Shown here: positions 9,118 through 17,666 of the stretch, piece by piece
Numbering within the stretch: the stretch's first letter is position 1
Layout: each line of letters begins with the position of its first letter
IMG/VR virus record: IMGVR_UViG_3300031857_000002
Span: 186,001-250,000 of that record
DNA: 64,000 nucleotides
Direction: 5' to 3' (one strand)
Notes under the pieces: model-generated
Database searches by the model: none
The model's input: only the letters and a program-made list of their open reading frames with translations
What the model was told of the DNA's origin: nothing
Made by a program: the position numbers and the translations under genes

Positions 9118-11371
9118 CTGGGAATCGGATAATACCGTCATCGTCCACCACAGGAATGATCTGTGCCACAGATTCAAAATGTACTGCGTCGTCTTGCATT
9201 GTGACAAACACATCACAGTCACTCAGTCGATCAAACAAGATCTTTTTAGATAGTGGTACCTTGATCAGCTCGTCAATCTTACGTGCCAAGGGTCTAGCAC
9301 CCATCTTGGGATCGTAGCCCTTGTCGGCCAACATGTCTATGACCTCTTCGCTGAGTACAAGTTTGATGTGTTTTTCATCCAAACTGGCCTTGAGCTGATC
9401 TGCAAACTTGATCACAATCTTCTTGATGGCCAATCGGTCCAGCTTGTTGAATCTGCAGATTTGATCAATACGATTACGCAGTTCTGGCTTGAAGAACTCT
9501 TTCATAGCTTTGTCTTCGTTACCAGTTTTTTCCTGACTTCCAAAACCAATAGCATTGCTTTCGTTGTCTCTAGCACCCAAGTTTGAAGTCAGGATAATAA
9601 TGGTGTTCTTAACATCCACACGCTTGCCTGCTGAACTAGTGATGTGCCCTTCGTCCAGCATCTGTAGCAAGATGTTGCTGACATCAGGGTGTGCTTTTTC
9701 AATTTCATCAAACAAGATGATTGAAAAAGGGTTCTTGGTAAGATCACTGATCAGCTTGCCGCCGCCAACGTTGCCATCTTCAAAGCCCACATAGCCTGGG
9801 GGTGCACCAATCAAACTTGATACTGTGTGTTTTTCCTGGTACTCACTCATGTCGTACTTCAACAGTTTCATGTCTAGGTTATCACTCAGCAGTTTGGCCA
9901 GTTCTGTTTTGCCTGTGCCTGTTGGACCCAAGAACAAGAAACTCGCCATAGGGCGAGTTGTTGCACCAATGCCTGCAAAGTTGATGTACACACGTTCCAG
10001 CACAGCATCCACTGCTTGATCCTGTCCGTAGAGCTTTTGCTTGATGTTGCTTTCAAGATCTATAATATTTGCTGAGCGTTCGTTCTGCAGTCGGTCCATT
10101 GGAATGCCTGCTACCTTGCTGACCTGTGCCATGATCATGTCTCGAGTGACAGTTACCAGGCCAGCATCCTTCACACGCTGTCGGGCACAAGCACCATCCA
10201 ACAAGTCAATACTCTTGTCAGGATTCTTCTTGTCATGAATATAACGTCCACTCAGTTCCACAGCCGCGGCCATTGCTTCTGTGTCGATCATCACATTGTG
10301 AAACTTCTCCAGTCGCGGACTCAGGCCAATAAGGATCTGTTCTGTGGTTGACGCATTGGGCTCGTCAATGCTCAAGCGATGGAATCTGCGCATCAACGCA
10401 CGATCTTTTTCAAATGACTCGTAGTATTCTTCCCATGTTGTGCTTGCAATAACTTTGAGGTTGCCCTTGGTGATTGCAGGTTTGAGCATGTTGGCAAAGT
10501 CCAGATTGCTTGACCCCGATGATCCTGCACCCTTCATGGTGTGTGCTTCGTCCACAAACAAGATACAGTTCTTCTTGGCTTCTAGTGCGGCAATAACTTG
10601 CTTGAACTTTTCTTCAAACTCACCGCGATACTTAGATCCTGCCAGTAATGAACCAATCTCCAGTCCCCACACTTCGTGACCTTTCAAGAACTCGGGCACG
10701 TTGTTAGCATGTATTTCTTGTGCAAGTCCGTCAATGATGGCAGTTTTGCCCACGCCTGGATCACCTACCATGAGCACATTGGCCTTGAATCGACGTGCCA
10801 ACACAGTGATCATGTCTTCTAGTTCTGCATTACGACCAATCAAGGGCTCCAGTTGATTCTTTGCGGCCATTGCTGAGATGTTGGTGCAATGCTCTTCCAA
10901 GATGTCTGTGGCCTGTTGTACATTCATTTTCACACTCTCGGGCTGGTGATTGCTTTGATAGAACTCAATAAACTCGGCCTTGCGGATACCATACTTGAGC
11001 AAGAAGTAGTGTGCATGACTGTTGTTTTCGGCCATGATGCTCAAGTACACATCAATCAGGCTCATGCTTCTGCGACCTGTAAACATGACCTGTACATTGG
11101 CACGATTAAATATGCGTTCCAGAGCTTGTGTTTTACGAGGTTGTAAATTTTCTGAAGCACTGATCAAATTGATCTGGCTGTCCAAGTAAGCATTGAGCTC
11201 TGTGTCCAGCAGATCTGCATCTGCACCAAATTTGTCTACCACACGTCTGAACGGCAAGTGGCGTAGCATGCCCAACAACAAGTGTTCTGTGACCACATAT
11301 TCGTGACACTTTTCTCTGGCCAATTTAACGGCTGCTTCGACCACTTGTTCAATTTCGGGATTGTTCTGCAT
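9110..11371 (-). CDS. clpA: ATP-dependent Clp protease ATP-binding subunit, ClpA-type
   Basis: Clp N-domain; Walker A GDPGVGKT and GPTGTGKT; pore loops KYRGEFE and GYVG; IGF loop; no ClpB M-domain. Start MQNNPE follows an AGGA RBS. Confidence 0.93.
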   Translation of the reverse strand: MQNNPEIEQVVEAAVKLAREKCHEYVVTEHLLLGMLRHLPFRRVVDKFGADADLLDTELNAYLDSQINLISASENLQPRKTQALERIFNRANVQVMFTGRRSMSLIDVYLSIMAENNSHAHYFLLKYGIRKAEFIEFYQSNHQPESVKMNVQQATDILEEHCTNISAMAAKNQLEPLIGRNAELEDMITVLARRFKANVLMVGDPGVGKTAIIDGLAQEIHANNVPEFLKGHEVWGLEIGSLLAGSKYRGEFEEKFKQVIAALEAKKNCILFVDEAHTMKGAGSSGSSNLDFANMLKPAITKGNLKVIASTTWEEYYESFEKDRALMRRFHRLSIDEPNASTTEQILIGLSPRLEKFHNVMIDTEAMAAAVELSGRYIHDKKNPDKSIDLLDGACARQRVKDAGLVTVTRDMIMAQVSKVAGIPMDRLQNERSANIIDLESNIKQKLYGQDQAVDAVLERVYINFAGIGATTRPMASFLFLGPTGTGKTELAKLLSDNLDMKLLKYDMSEYQEKHTVSSLIGAPPGYVGFEDGNVGGGKLISDLTKNPFSIILFDEIEKAHPDVSNILLQMLDEGHITSSAGKRVDVKNTIIILTSNLGARDNESNAIGFGSQEKTGNEDKAMKEFFKPELRNRIDQICRFNKLDRLAIKKIVIKFADQLKASLDEKHIKLVLSEEVIDMLADKGYDPKMGARPLARKIDELIKVPLSKKILFDRLSDCDVFVTMQDDAVHFESVAQIIPVVDDDGIIRFPDV

Positions 11372-11401
11372 GGGGTTCCTTTGTAAAACTATTATTGTGT
11401 T

Positions 11402-11430
11402 ATTATACTTGATGTTTTGATCACAAGCAA
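11402..11430 (-). promoter_or_regulatory. sigma70-type promoter upstream of clpA
   Basis: TTGCTT-N17-TATAAT on minus strand. Confidence 0.55.
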
Positions 11431-11444
11431 CCAATACGAAATAT

Positions 11445-12227
11445 TTATTCGCGGTATTTTTCGATTGCTTCTACCAATTCAGGTGCTAGTGTGGCAGGAA
11501 TTCGAGCATTTAATTTCACAAACATGTCACCTTGTGCGCCTCTACGATCTCTGAGTCCTTGACTGCGTAGTCTCAGCACAGCATTGGCTTGACAACGCGG
11601 TGGAACCTTGACTGTGAGACTGTGCCCCAAAATGTTGTTCACTGTGATGTCTGTACCCAAAATCAAATCCCACACTGAGATGCTGTGGTCCACAGTTAGG
11701 TTAAGCCCATCACGATGCCAAGCAGGATCTGGACGTATTCTAAATGTGATCACAAGATCCTGACCTCCTGGTGCAAGTCCGCCGTATTGGATATTGTCCC
11801 CGTCATTGAGCCCTAGAGGCACATCCAGTTCTACTGTGCTTTGTCCCTGTGATGTGGCCACTGCTACTGCTTTCTTTCCACCTTGGGCCACGTCTAGTAG
11901 GGAGATGTACAAGGTCATGCGCACATGATTCCTGCGTGGGTGCTGTTGCCCAAACCCGCCGCCGCCAAACATTTGGCTAAAAATATCATTGAACTGTGGT
12001 CCACCACCAAATCCTCCAAAGCCCCCAAACTGGGGTTGTGGGTTGTCGTACTCGGCACGTTTTTGTTCGTCACCTAGCACAGCATAGGCAGCTTGGATGG
12101 CCTGGAACTTGGCAGTATCACCACCCTTGTCCGGATGATGCTGACTGGCCAGTTTTCTAAAGGCCTGTTTGATTTCAGCGGCTGTGGCAGTTCGTGGGAC
12201 GCCTAGTGCGGCGTAGTGATCGGTCAT
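11445..12227 (-). CDS. dnaJ: DnaJ-class co-chaperone (CbpA-like, no Zn finger)
   Basis: J-domain with HPD (HHPDKGG), G/F-rich linker and DnaJ C-terminal domain. Confidence 0.92.
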   Translation of the reverse strand: MTDHYAALGVPRTATAAEIKQAFRKLASQHHPDKGGDTAKFQAIQAAYAVLGDEQKRAEYDNPQPQFGGFGGFGGGPQFNDIFSQMFGGGGFGQQHPRRNHVRMTLYISLLDVAQGGKKAVAVATSQGQSTVELDVPLGLNDGDNIQYGGLAPGGQDLVITFRIRPDPAWHRDGLNLTVDHSISVWDLILGTDITVNNILGHSLTVKVPPRCQANAVLRLRSQGLRDRRGAQGDMFVKLNARIPATLAPELVEAIEKYRE

Positions 12228-12229
12228 AA

Positions 12230-12263
12230 AAAAATCCTGTACACATAATTATACAGGATTTTT
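12230..12263 (-). terminator. Hairpin/intrinsic terminator overlapping the dnaJ promoter and RBS
   Basis: Perfect 12-bp inverted repeat AAAAATCCTGTA (12230-12241) / TACAGGATTTTT (12252-12263); the U-tract runs into the dnaJ ATG. Confidence 0.7.
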
Positions 12264-12276
12264 GGGGTGGTGTCAA
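12248..12276 (-). promoter_or_regulatory. Consensus sigma70 promoter for dnaJ
   Basis: TTGACA-N17-TATAAT. Confidence 0.8.
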
Positions 12277-12495
12277 TTACTTCTTCACAGGCACATCTGT
12301 ACCTTCTAGTTTTTTGTGTTGTTTGACTTCTTTGCAGTTCTGCTTGACTTTTTTGGTTTTGGGGTCTATGACTTCTCGGCCTTCTTTGTCTTTGACATCA
12401 ACACAGATTCGTTTGGTTTCTTTTGGTGGCTCTGTGGCCACTACTGGCTGTGCCAGTGTCAAACATAGTCCTGCTACAAATATAATGTTTTTCAT
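12277..12495 (-). CDS. Small exported protein
   Basis: Signal peptide MKNIIFVAGLCLTLAQPVVA, Cys pair, Lys-rich. Confidence 0.65.
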   Translation of the reverse strand: MKNIIFVAGLCLTLAQPVVATEPPKETKRICVDVKDKEGREVIDPKTKKVKQNCKEVKQHKKLEGTDVPVKK

Positions 12496-12497
12496 AG

Positions 12498-13061
12498 TTA
12501 TCTTTCTGGATAGAAGTCAGGCAAAGGCGGCGCCAGTTTGCCCCCAAAGCCTGCGGTTACTTGGCCTGTGGAGCCAAAGTTGTTGCCCATTGGCGGTGTA
12601 GCACCATATCCGGGTTGATATCCGCCAGCGGCTGAAACAGGGGAGGTGCCCCAACTGGGTGCTGGTGTATAACCGGTACCGGGCTGGTTGAGGTTTGGCG
12701 AAGGTTGGCCAAATGTTGTAGTGACGCTTTGTGATACGGGTTGTAGTCCTGTGTTGGCATTGCTTGCTCCATTGAGTTTCTCTTGTGTGCGCCCATACGC
12801 ACTAACACCTAGAACAGCACCCATGGCCACATGGAACAGGCCACCGCCTTGTAGTGTAATAGGTACCCATTGACGGAATGCGTCATTGGCTGCTTGTGTT
12901 TCCCAGAACTGTACCACTGTAAACATGATGGGGAATATAAAGAAGTCGGCTAGACAACAGAACATGTACATGATGGCCATCATGGGGCGCCATTTTCTAG
13001 TCATCCAATCATCGTCGGGCTTTTTCTTTTCTACTTTTGCTTCTTTTGTTTTTGTAATCAT
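12498..13061 (-). CDS. Putative holin-like membrane protein
   Basis: KWRPMMAIMYM...GGLFHVAMGAVLG hydrophobic segments; lies in the lysis operon. Confidence 0.5.
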   Translation of the reverse strand: MITKTKEAKVEKKKPDDDWMTRKWRPMMAIMYMFCCLADFFIFPIMFTVVQFWETQAANDAFRQWVPITLQGGGLFHVAMGAVLGVSAYGRTQEKLNGASNANTGLQPVSQSVTTTFGQPSPNLNQPGTGYTPAPSWGTSPVSAAGGYQPGYGATPPMGNNFGSTGQVTAGFGGKLAPPLPDFYPER

Positions 13062-13079
13062 TACAGGCTCCTTGTTATT

Positions 13080-13631
13080 TTATAGTGGTGCCCAGAGCCA
13101 AATGGCCTGACTCATCAGCACGACAGCAAATCCGCCCACTCCCAAGCTAGTGGTAAACAAGCTGTTTTTAACAGCAAGAATGCTAGCTGTCAATAACACA
13201 ATAGCGATCTGTAACAAACTGCCTGCGTATGTGTACCAGGGTGATCGTTGCTTGGCCACAGCACGTTCTGCTTCCAGTGCTCGGGCCTTGGCCAGCAGTT
13301 CTTTCTTGCCTTCGCCTGTGGCAGGTTCGCTTTCGTAACGTGCAATTTTCTTTTCTAGTGCTTCAATTTTCTTGGTATCTTTTTTGGCCACAGCATCATC
13401 CAAGGCCATTTCTGCTAGTGTGCCTTTGATGCTCTTGGCTTGATAAAAGGCATAGGTATTGTTGGCTTCAATGGTGTTGTTTAGTACTTTGCCAGAGTTG
13501 CCACTGGCCATGTATGTGTTGATGGCCAACAAGGCAGCAAACACAACAATGACCAGGCCAGCCTTGTCTTTGATTTGTGCTTCACGCTCTGACCGTGATA
13601 GGGGTTTTGTTTCTTGTTTTTGTTCTGTCAT
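13080..13631 (-). CDS. DUF4337-like membrane protein
   Basis: N-terminal TM, AFYQAKSIK motif, coiled coil and two C-terminal TMs. Confidence 0.65.
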   Translation of the reverse strand: MTEQKQETKPLSRSEREAQIKDKAGLVIVVFAALLAINTYMASGNSGKVLNNTIEANNTYAFYQAKSIKGTLAEMALDDAVAKKDTKKIEALEKKIARYESEPATGEGKKELLAKARALEAERAVAKQRSPWYTYAGSLLQIAIVLLTASILAVKNSLFTTSLGVGGFAVVLMSQAIWLWAPL

Positions 13632-13650
13632 AATTGACTCCTTTTAATTT

Positions 13651-14397
13651 CTAGAACGGATTTAGTGCTGAACTGACTACACTGCCTGTGTTTACAATTG
13701 TAAGATTATTAGTTGAACTATCTTTTAAGAAATTCTCGTCGTTGGGAGTATTCAACAACAACTGTGTATTTGTAATAGCGGTGAGGTTAGTAGTAGGCGG
13801 AGTAAAGTATGTAGTACCCACAGATGTACCAAAAGCGTAAACTAATGATCCTTTTACAATTCTTATATTAGAGATATTACCATTAAATCTGTTGCTGCCG
13901 CTGTCTGAGCCAATGGTCCAAGGTAATGCACTTGACCCCATTTGTGCAGTTCCTACACCTGCACCTGTGGTGCTGGCCCTGCACACTCCATTAATAAACA
14001 AACTATAGCTAGTACCACTTCTCATAGTACAAATATGTTGCCAAGAATTTTGTGCCAGTGTTCCAGCAACTGACGTAATGCTGTTGAAAGGACTGCCTGT
14101 AGTAGGAGTATCGTTCCAGTTGGCTCGCACACGCCCGTCAGTGTTAGCTTGTCCTACAATCATGTAAGCGTTACCGTTTTGCATTACTAGCATATCGCTG
14201 GTACCACTAGCTAAGTTAGTTGGATACGCCCATAATTCTAGTGTAAAATCATTGGTGCCAAAGTTAAATCCAACGTCAGCAGGTGCTGTTAGATATTTTG
14301 CCGACGCACTACTGAATACTGCACTTCCAACTGGCACGAAGCTTTGTATTGTAATTCCTGCGCCTACTGAGATTCCTGGTCCTACTATGATTGCCAT
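13651..14397 (-). CDS. LamG/concanavalin A-like lectin-domain virion protein
   Basis: FTLELWAY, WQHICTMR, FNGNISNIRIVKG. Confidence 0.75.
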   Translation of the reverse strand: MAIIVGPGISVGAGITIQSFVPVGSAVFSSASAKYLTAPADVGFNFGTNDFTLELWAYPTNLASGTSDMLVMQNGNAYMIVGQANTDGRVRANWNDTPTTGSPFNSITSVAGTLAQNSWQHICTMRSGTSYSLFINGVCRASTTGAGVGTAQMGSSALPWTIGSDSGSNRFNGNISNIRIVKGSLVYAFGTSVGTTYFTPPTTNLTAITNTQLLLNTPNDENFLKDSSTNNLTIVNTGSVVSSALNPF

Positions 14398-14400
14398 ATT

Positions 14401-15120
14401 TTAATATCCAAATCTTGATTTATATTGTGTGTACAAGCCTTGTACATCTGACAAGGTCAATACACCGTTGTAAACTTTGACAAATCCTATGTCACCAGTT
14501 TGCGCTTCTGAACCCGATGATCTGCTGAACAATCTCAAGTTGTTGAAGCCACCGCCACTGGCATTGGTCACAGCAAATGATGTGCCCACTGGCTGTGAGC
14601 TTGTTGCTGTGTACAGTTGTCCCAGACTGGTTGAAGTGTTCCAAGTAGCCCAGCCAAAGTGCCAGGCAAGGTCCGCACCCGATGCTGGCAAGTTAACTGC
14701 GTAGTTGGGAAAGAATGTATCTGGGTTGCCGTTGTAAAGTCCCATGAGCCAGTCTTTTTGTGCTTCAACCTGTGTGTTCAGCAATCTGCCTGAGGCCGCA
14801 GTTGAACGCTTGTAGGCCATAAACACTGTGTAACTTTGCCCTGTGGTCCAGTTAGGCCCACCATAGATGTAGTCTGCACTTGTGGCACCTGAACCAGTCA
14901 TTCTAAAAACGCCACCATTGTCTGAGGCCCAGGCTATCCTACTGGTAGTATTGGCCACTGACAGTGTGTAGGTGCCAGTGGCATCCTTTGTGCCGTTTAC
15001 AGGCACAGCAGAGTAGTTGGCAGCGTCTAAGTCATATACCAACGTTGCTGATGGTGAGAATCCTTGAGTGATAGTTATACCACCACCTACCTGGACTCCT
15101 GCTCCGATTACTATTGGCAT
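14401..15120 (-). CDS. LamG-like lectin-domain virion protein
   Basis: Shares the N-terminal IxxGxGVxVGxGITI pattern with 13651-14397; LDAANY and IGFVKVYNGVLT. Confidence 0.65.
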   Translation of the reverse strand: MPIVIGAGVQVGGGITITQGFSPSATLVYDLDAANYSAVPVNGTKDATGTYTLSVANTTSRIAWASDNGGVFRMTGSGATSADYIYGGPNWTTGQSYTVFMAYKRSTAASGRLLNTQVEAQKDWLMGLYNGNPDTFFPNYAVNLPASGADLAWHFGWATWNTSTSLGQLYTATSSQPVGTSFAVTNASGGGFNNLRLFSRSSGSEAQTGDIGFVKVYNGVLTLSDVQGLYTQYKSRFGY

Positions 15121-15738
15121 TTAAACTCCCATTACATGCAGTGCATGTTCATAATGATGAATACGATCTTCTAGGCCAATGTATCCACCGTTGATGGCTC
15201 GAGTGAGTCCACGAATATCGCCTGCGTCAGCAAAGCGATTTAAATTGTTTTGTTCCCAGAACCAGCAGGCACTTTGTGCGGCGCCTTCAAATGTAGCAAG
15301 ATACTCAGCGGCTTCTTCTTCTGAAATGCCTAGACTGCCTGCAAAGAATGTGTAGTTGTCTTTGCCTGTTAACTGTATCAAGCCACGACCGCAGTAGCGC
15401 CAGCCATCTCCGGACTCTTCTGGACCGTTGCCCATGCGACTGGCATACACTCTGTTGGCAATCTTTTCTGGCTTGTTGGCATACTGTGCAGCCAAGGCAT
15501 CTGTGGGGAAATACTTGGGAAATACCTTTCGCAAACTAGCGGCTTTGTAGTTCAAGTTCTCTTTGATGAACACAAAGTTGCCTGACTCATGTGCGCACTG
15601 TGCAATAAAAGCTGCCACCCGCTGTGGTGTGTTGATTTCGTAGTCATCCAACAATTGTTCTAGTGCATCATACCAGTGATCAATGTGTGGATTTTTAACC
15701 ATTTGTTTTAGTTGTTCTCGTGTGAGTATCGTGCTCAT
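15121..15738 (-). CDS. Glycoside hydrolase family 19 endolysin
   Basis: AAFIAQCAHES, YCGRGLIQLTGKDNY, RAINGGYIGLEDR. Confidence 0.9.
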   Translation of the reverse strand: MSTILTREQLKQMVKNPHIDHWYDALEQLLDDYEINTPQRVAAFIAQCAHESGNFVFIKENLNYKAASLRKVFPKYFPTDALAAQYANKPEKIANRVYASRMGNGPEESGDGWRYCGRGLIQLTGKDNYTFFAGSLGISEEEAAEYLATFEGAAQSACWFWEQNNLNRFADAGDIRGLTRAINGGYIGLEDRIHHYEHALHVMGV

Positions 15739-15770
15739 TTAACGGCTCCTTGTTTGTATTTAATCTTTTG

Positions 15771-16412
15771 TTATCTACCCATTACCCAGGGATCATTGAT
15801 AACTGGGGTACCATCTGCCCTGCGCATGAAATTACCACCATGCATATCCCAACGATATCCACGAGCTTTGCCAATTTTCATCAAGTCATCCAGAGTGGCA
15901 ACCATCTGTACCACTCCTTTGGCACCCAGTGCTTTCTCCAGTAGTGCATAATCCCCTTGTCTAAAATTTTTCAAGTATCTCACAAACGCACTCACGCTGA
16001 TACCCTTGTGTTCAATATAACTCCTAGACATCCAGCCTAGATCATCCAAGGCACGTCTCATTGGGCCTTGAGTTTTTTTTAAAGGTTCAGTACGAATCAT
16101 TAGATAGCGATTGTCATTCCACATAAAACTGTCATGACCATAAAACCTTGGCAACAAAGGATTGTCACTGTGCTTGCTACAATAATCGTACCAGGCAAAA
16201 AACATTTTTTGATCAGCACTGAAGTTTTGACGATTGCCTTGAGTGCCAAATACCTTTAGCACCAGGCCAGTACTAGGCTCCAAGTACGCAGTTTGATCCA
16301 CTCCTTTACCCAGGAATTGATAACCCTTGGCTTCTAGCTCAGATCTGATGCCTTTGTCTGTGGTTGAAAATTCTTCTAGATTTTGCTCGTCAATGAACTC
16401 CTGTGCTCTCAT
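15771..16412 (-). CDS. Protein kinase-like fold protein with capsid-targeting-like N-terminus
   Basis: LGKGVDQTAY (Gly loop), VLKV (catalytic Lys), DMHGGNFM (catalytic loop), INDP (DFG equivalent); starts MRAQEFIDE. Confidence 0.7.
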   Translation of the reverse strand: MRAQEFIDEQNLEEFSTTDKGIRSELEAKGYQFLGKGVDQTAYLEPSTGLVLKVFGTQGNRQNFSADQKMFFAWYDYCSKHSDNPLLPRFYGHDSFMWNDNRYLMIRTEPLKKTQGPMRRALDDLGWMSRSYIEHKGISVSAFVRYLKNFRQGDYALLEKALGAKGVVQMVATLDDLMKIGKARGYRWDMHGGNFMRRADGTPVINDPWVMGR

Positions 16413-17032
16413 TTGGCAACACTTTCAAATATTTGTTTTTGTGCTCGATACCATTCCTGCCAGGCTTTTAGTTTTTCTGCGTTTTCGTGGCAGGCGCCGT
16501 AGTTGTCGACGACTGTTTCAAGGAGTTGACTGGCTTTAATGTCGCTGGGGGTTCCATCAACTGACTCGGCACCTCGGGCCACTTCATTACGACTGGCACT
16601 GTCGTGGAGCACGATGCTAGACTTAGGCAAAGAGCACTGGCTATCAAGCTGTGCGCCAGCAACTTCTCTAATGATTTCTCGGTTTGCATATACAGTTTCC
16701 TTTACAACTTTGATCTTGGTAACAAATTTGGTTTCAATTACGGTGTTGACTTCACGACTTCGAGCTTCGGCAATCTGAACTTTTTCTTCTAGTTCTTTGA
16801 TTTTGGCCAGCCATTTTTCTTCATTGCCGCGCCAGCCAAAAAAGTAAGCACCCACGCACAGCAGTAACACACCCACTAGTTCAGCAGGCATGCGGTACTG
16901 CATCATTATAGGAATCCAACGCACCAGCTTAGAAGCAATGTACAACAGCAAGCCTGCCGCAAATATCGCATAGGTCAACATGACAAAAATGCTGTCAGGC
17001 AACAAGCTAAACATCCACACCAACTGGTCCAT
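16409..17032 (-). CDS. i-spanin (Rz-like)
   Basis: N-terminal TMs, coiled coil, C-terminal LHDSAS...VVDNYGACHENAEKL; embedded lipoprotein gene. Confidence 0.75.
   Translation of the reverse strand: MDQLVWMFSLLPDSIFVMLTYAIFAAGLLLYIASKLVRWIPIMMQYRMPAELVGVLLLCVGAYFFGWRGNEEKWLAKIKELEEKVQIAEARSREVNTVIETKFVTKIKVVKETVYANREIIREVAGAQLDSQCSLPKSSIVLHDSASRNEVARGAESVDGTPSDIKASQLLETVVDNYGACHENAEKLKAWQEWYRAQKQIFESVAK
16468..16689 (-). CDS. o-spanin (Rz1-like lipoprotein) embedded in the +1 frame of the i-spanin
   Basis: Lipobox LASC followed by a Pro-rich segment, STTVPVVMKWPEVPSQLMEPP. Confidence 0.7.
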   Translation of the reverse strand: MQTEKSLEKLLAHSLIASALCLSLASCSTTVPVVMKWPEVPSQLMEPPATLKPVNSLKQSSTTTAPATKTQKN

Positions 17033-17084
17033 ATCAGTCCTTTATATAGATGTATTTATTGGATCTGTAGGTTTGATGTAGCAG

Positions 17085-17666
17085 TTAAAAGTCCATGTTA
17101 CATTGAGCTACAAGCTGCCAGTTTTTTAAATATCTGTACGCATCTGACAATCGATTGTGTTCCAGCTGATCCCGCATGAACACACTGAATTCATCAGGAT
17201 CCAAATCAATGTTGATCAGTTGATCAGCGTACCAGTCAACCCCGGTAGTAAAGTAATATTGCCAATGAAAATGCATTACCTTAATAAACACTGTGTTAAG
17301 TCCAAGATTTTCAATATCTTGCTGATGGTGCTGTACGCCGTCCACATTCCAATAACGTGCTAATGCGTCCACTAGATTGCTTTTTATCTTGATGATTTTG
17401 CGGTTGGGATATGTTTTTCTTATCAAATCTGAATTCACAGCGTGAGTATAAGCAATGGGAATACTGTCGTTGATCTCACCGTGATCACTCAGTGTTGGAT
17501 ACCGATATTGATTGGCCGGATTGTGATGTATCAAATGATCATGGCCAATCAATGGAACATTGTGATAATTGCCCTGAAGATTCAGATCAAAAGATTTGCC
17601 CAGCAAATGATGTATAAATCTAAAGCCGCCTGCTCCAGGAAAGTAACTTACAACAACAGGATCCAT
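17085..17666 (-). CDS. Hypothetical, sulfotransferase-like N-terminal loop (PGAGG-F family)
   Basis: VVVSYFPGAGGFRF start, similar to 24470-25357 and 33026-33655. Confidence 0.45.
   Translation of the reverse strand: MDPVVVSYFPGAGGFRFIHHLLGKSFDLNLQGNYHNVPLIGHDHLIHHNPANQYRYPTLSDHGEINDSIPIAYTHAVNSDLIRKTYPNRKIIKIKSNLVDALARYWNVDGVQHHQQDIENLGLNTVFIKVMHFHWQYYFTTGVDWYADQLINIDLDPDEFSVFMRDQLEHNRLSDAYRYLKNWQLVAQCNMDF

Noticed and set aside
16409-16689. Programmed frameshift or sequencing error joining i-spanin and o-spanin
   Set aside because: Both frames are complete, with their own start and stop codons. The embedded Rz/Rz1 layout explains the pattern, and I saw no slippery site.
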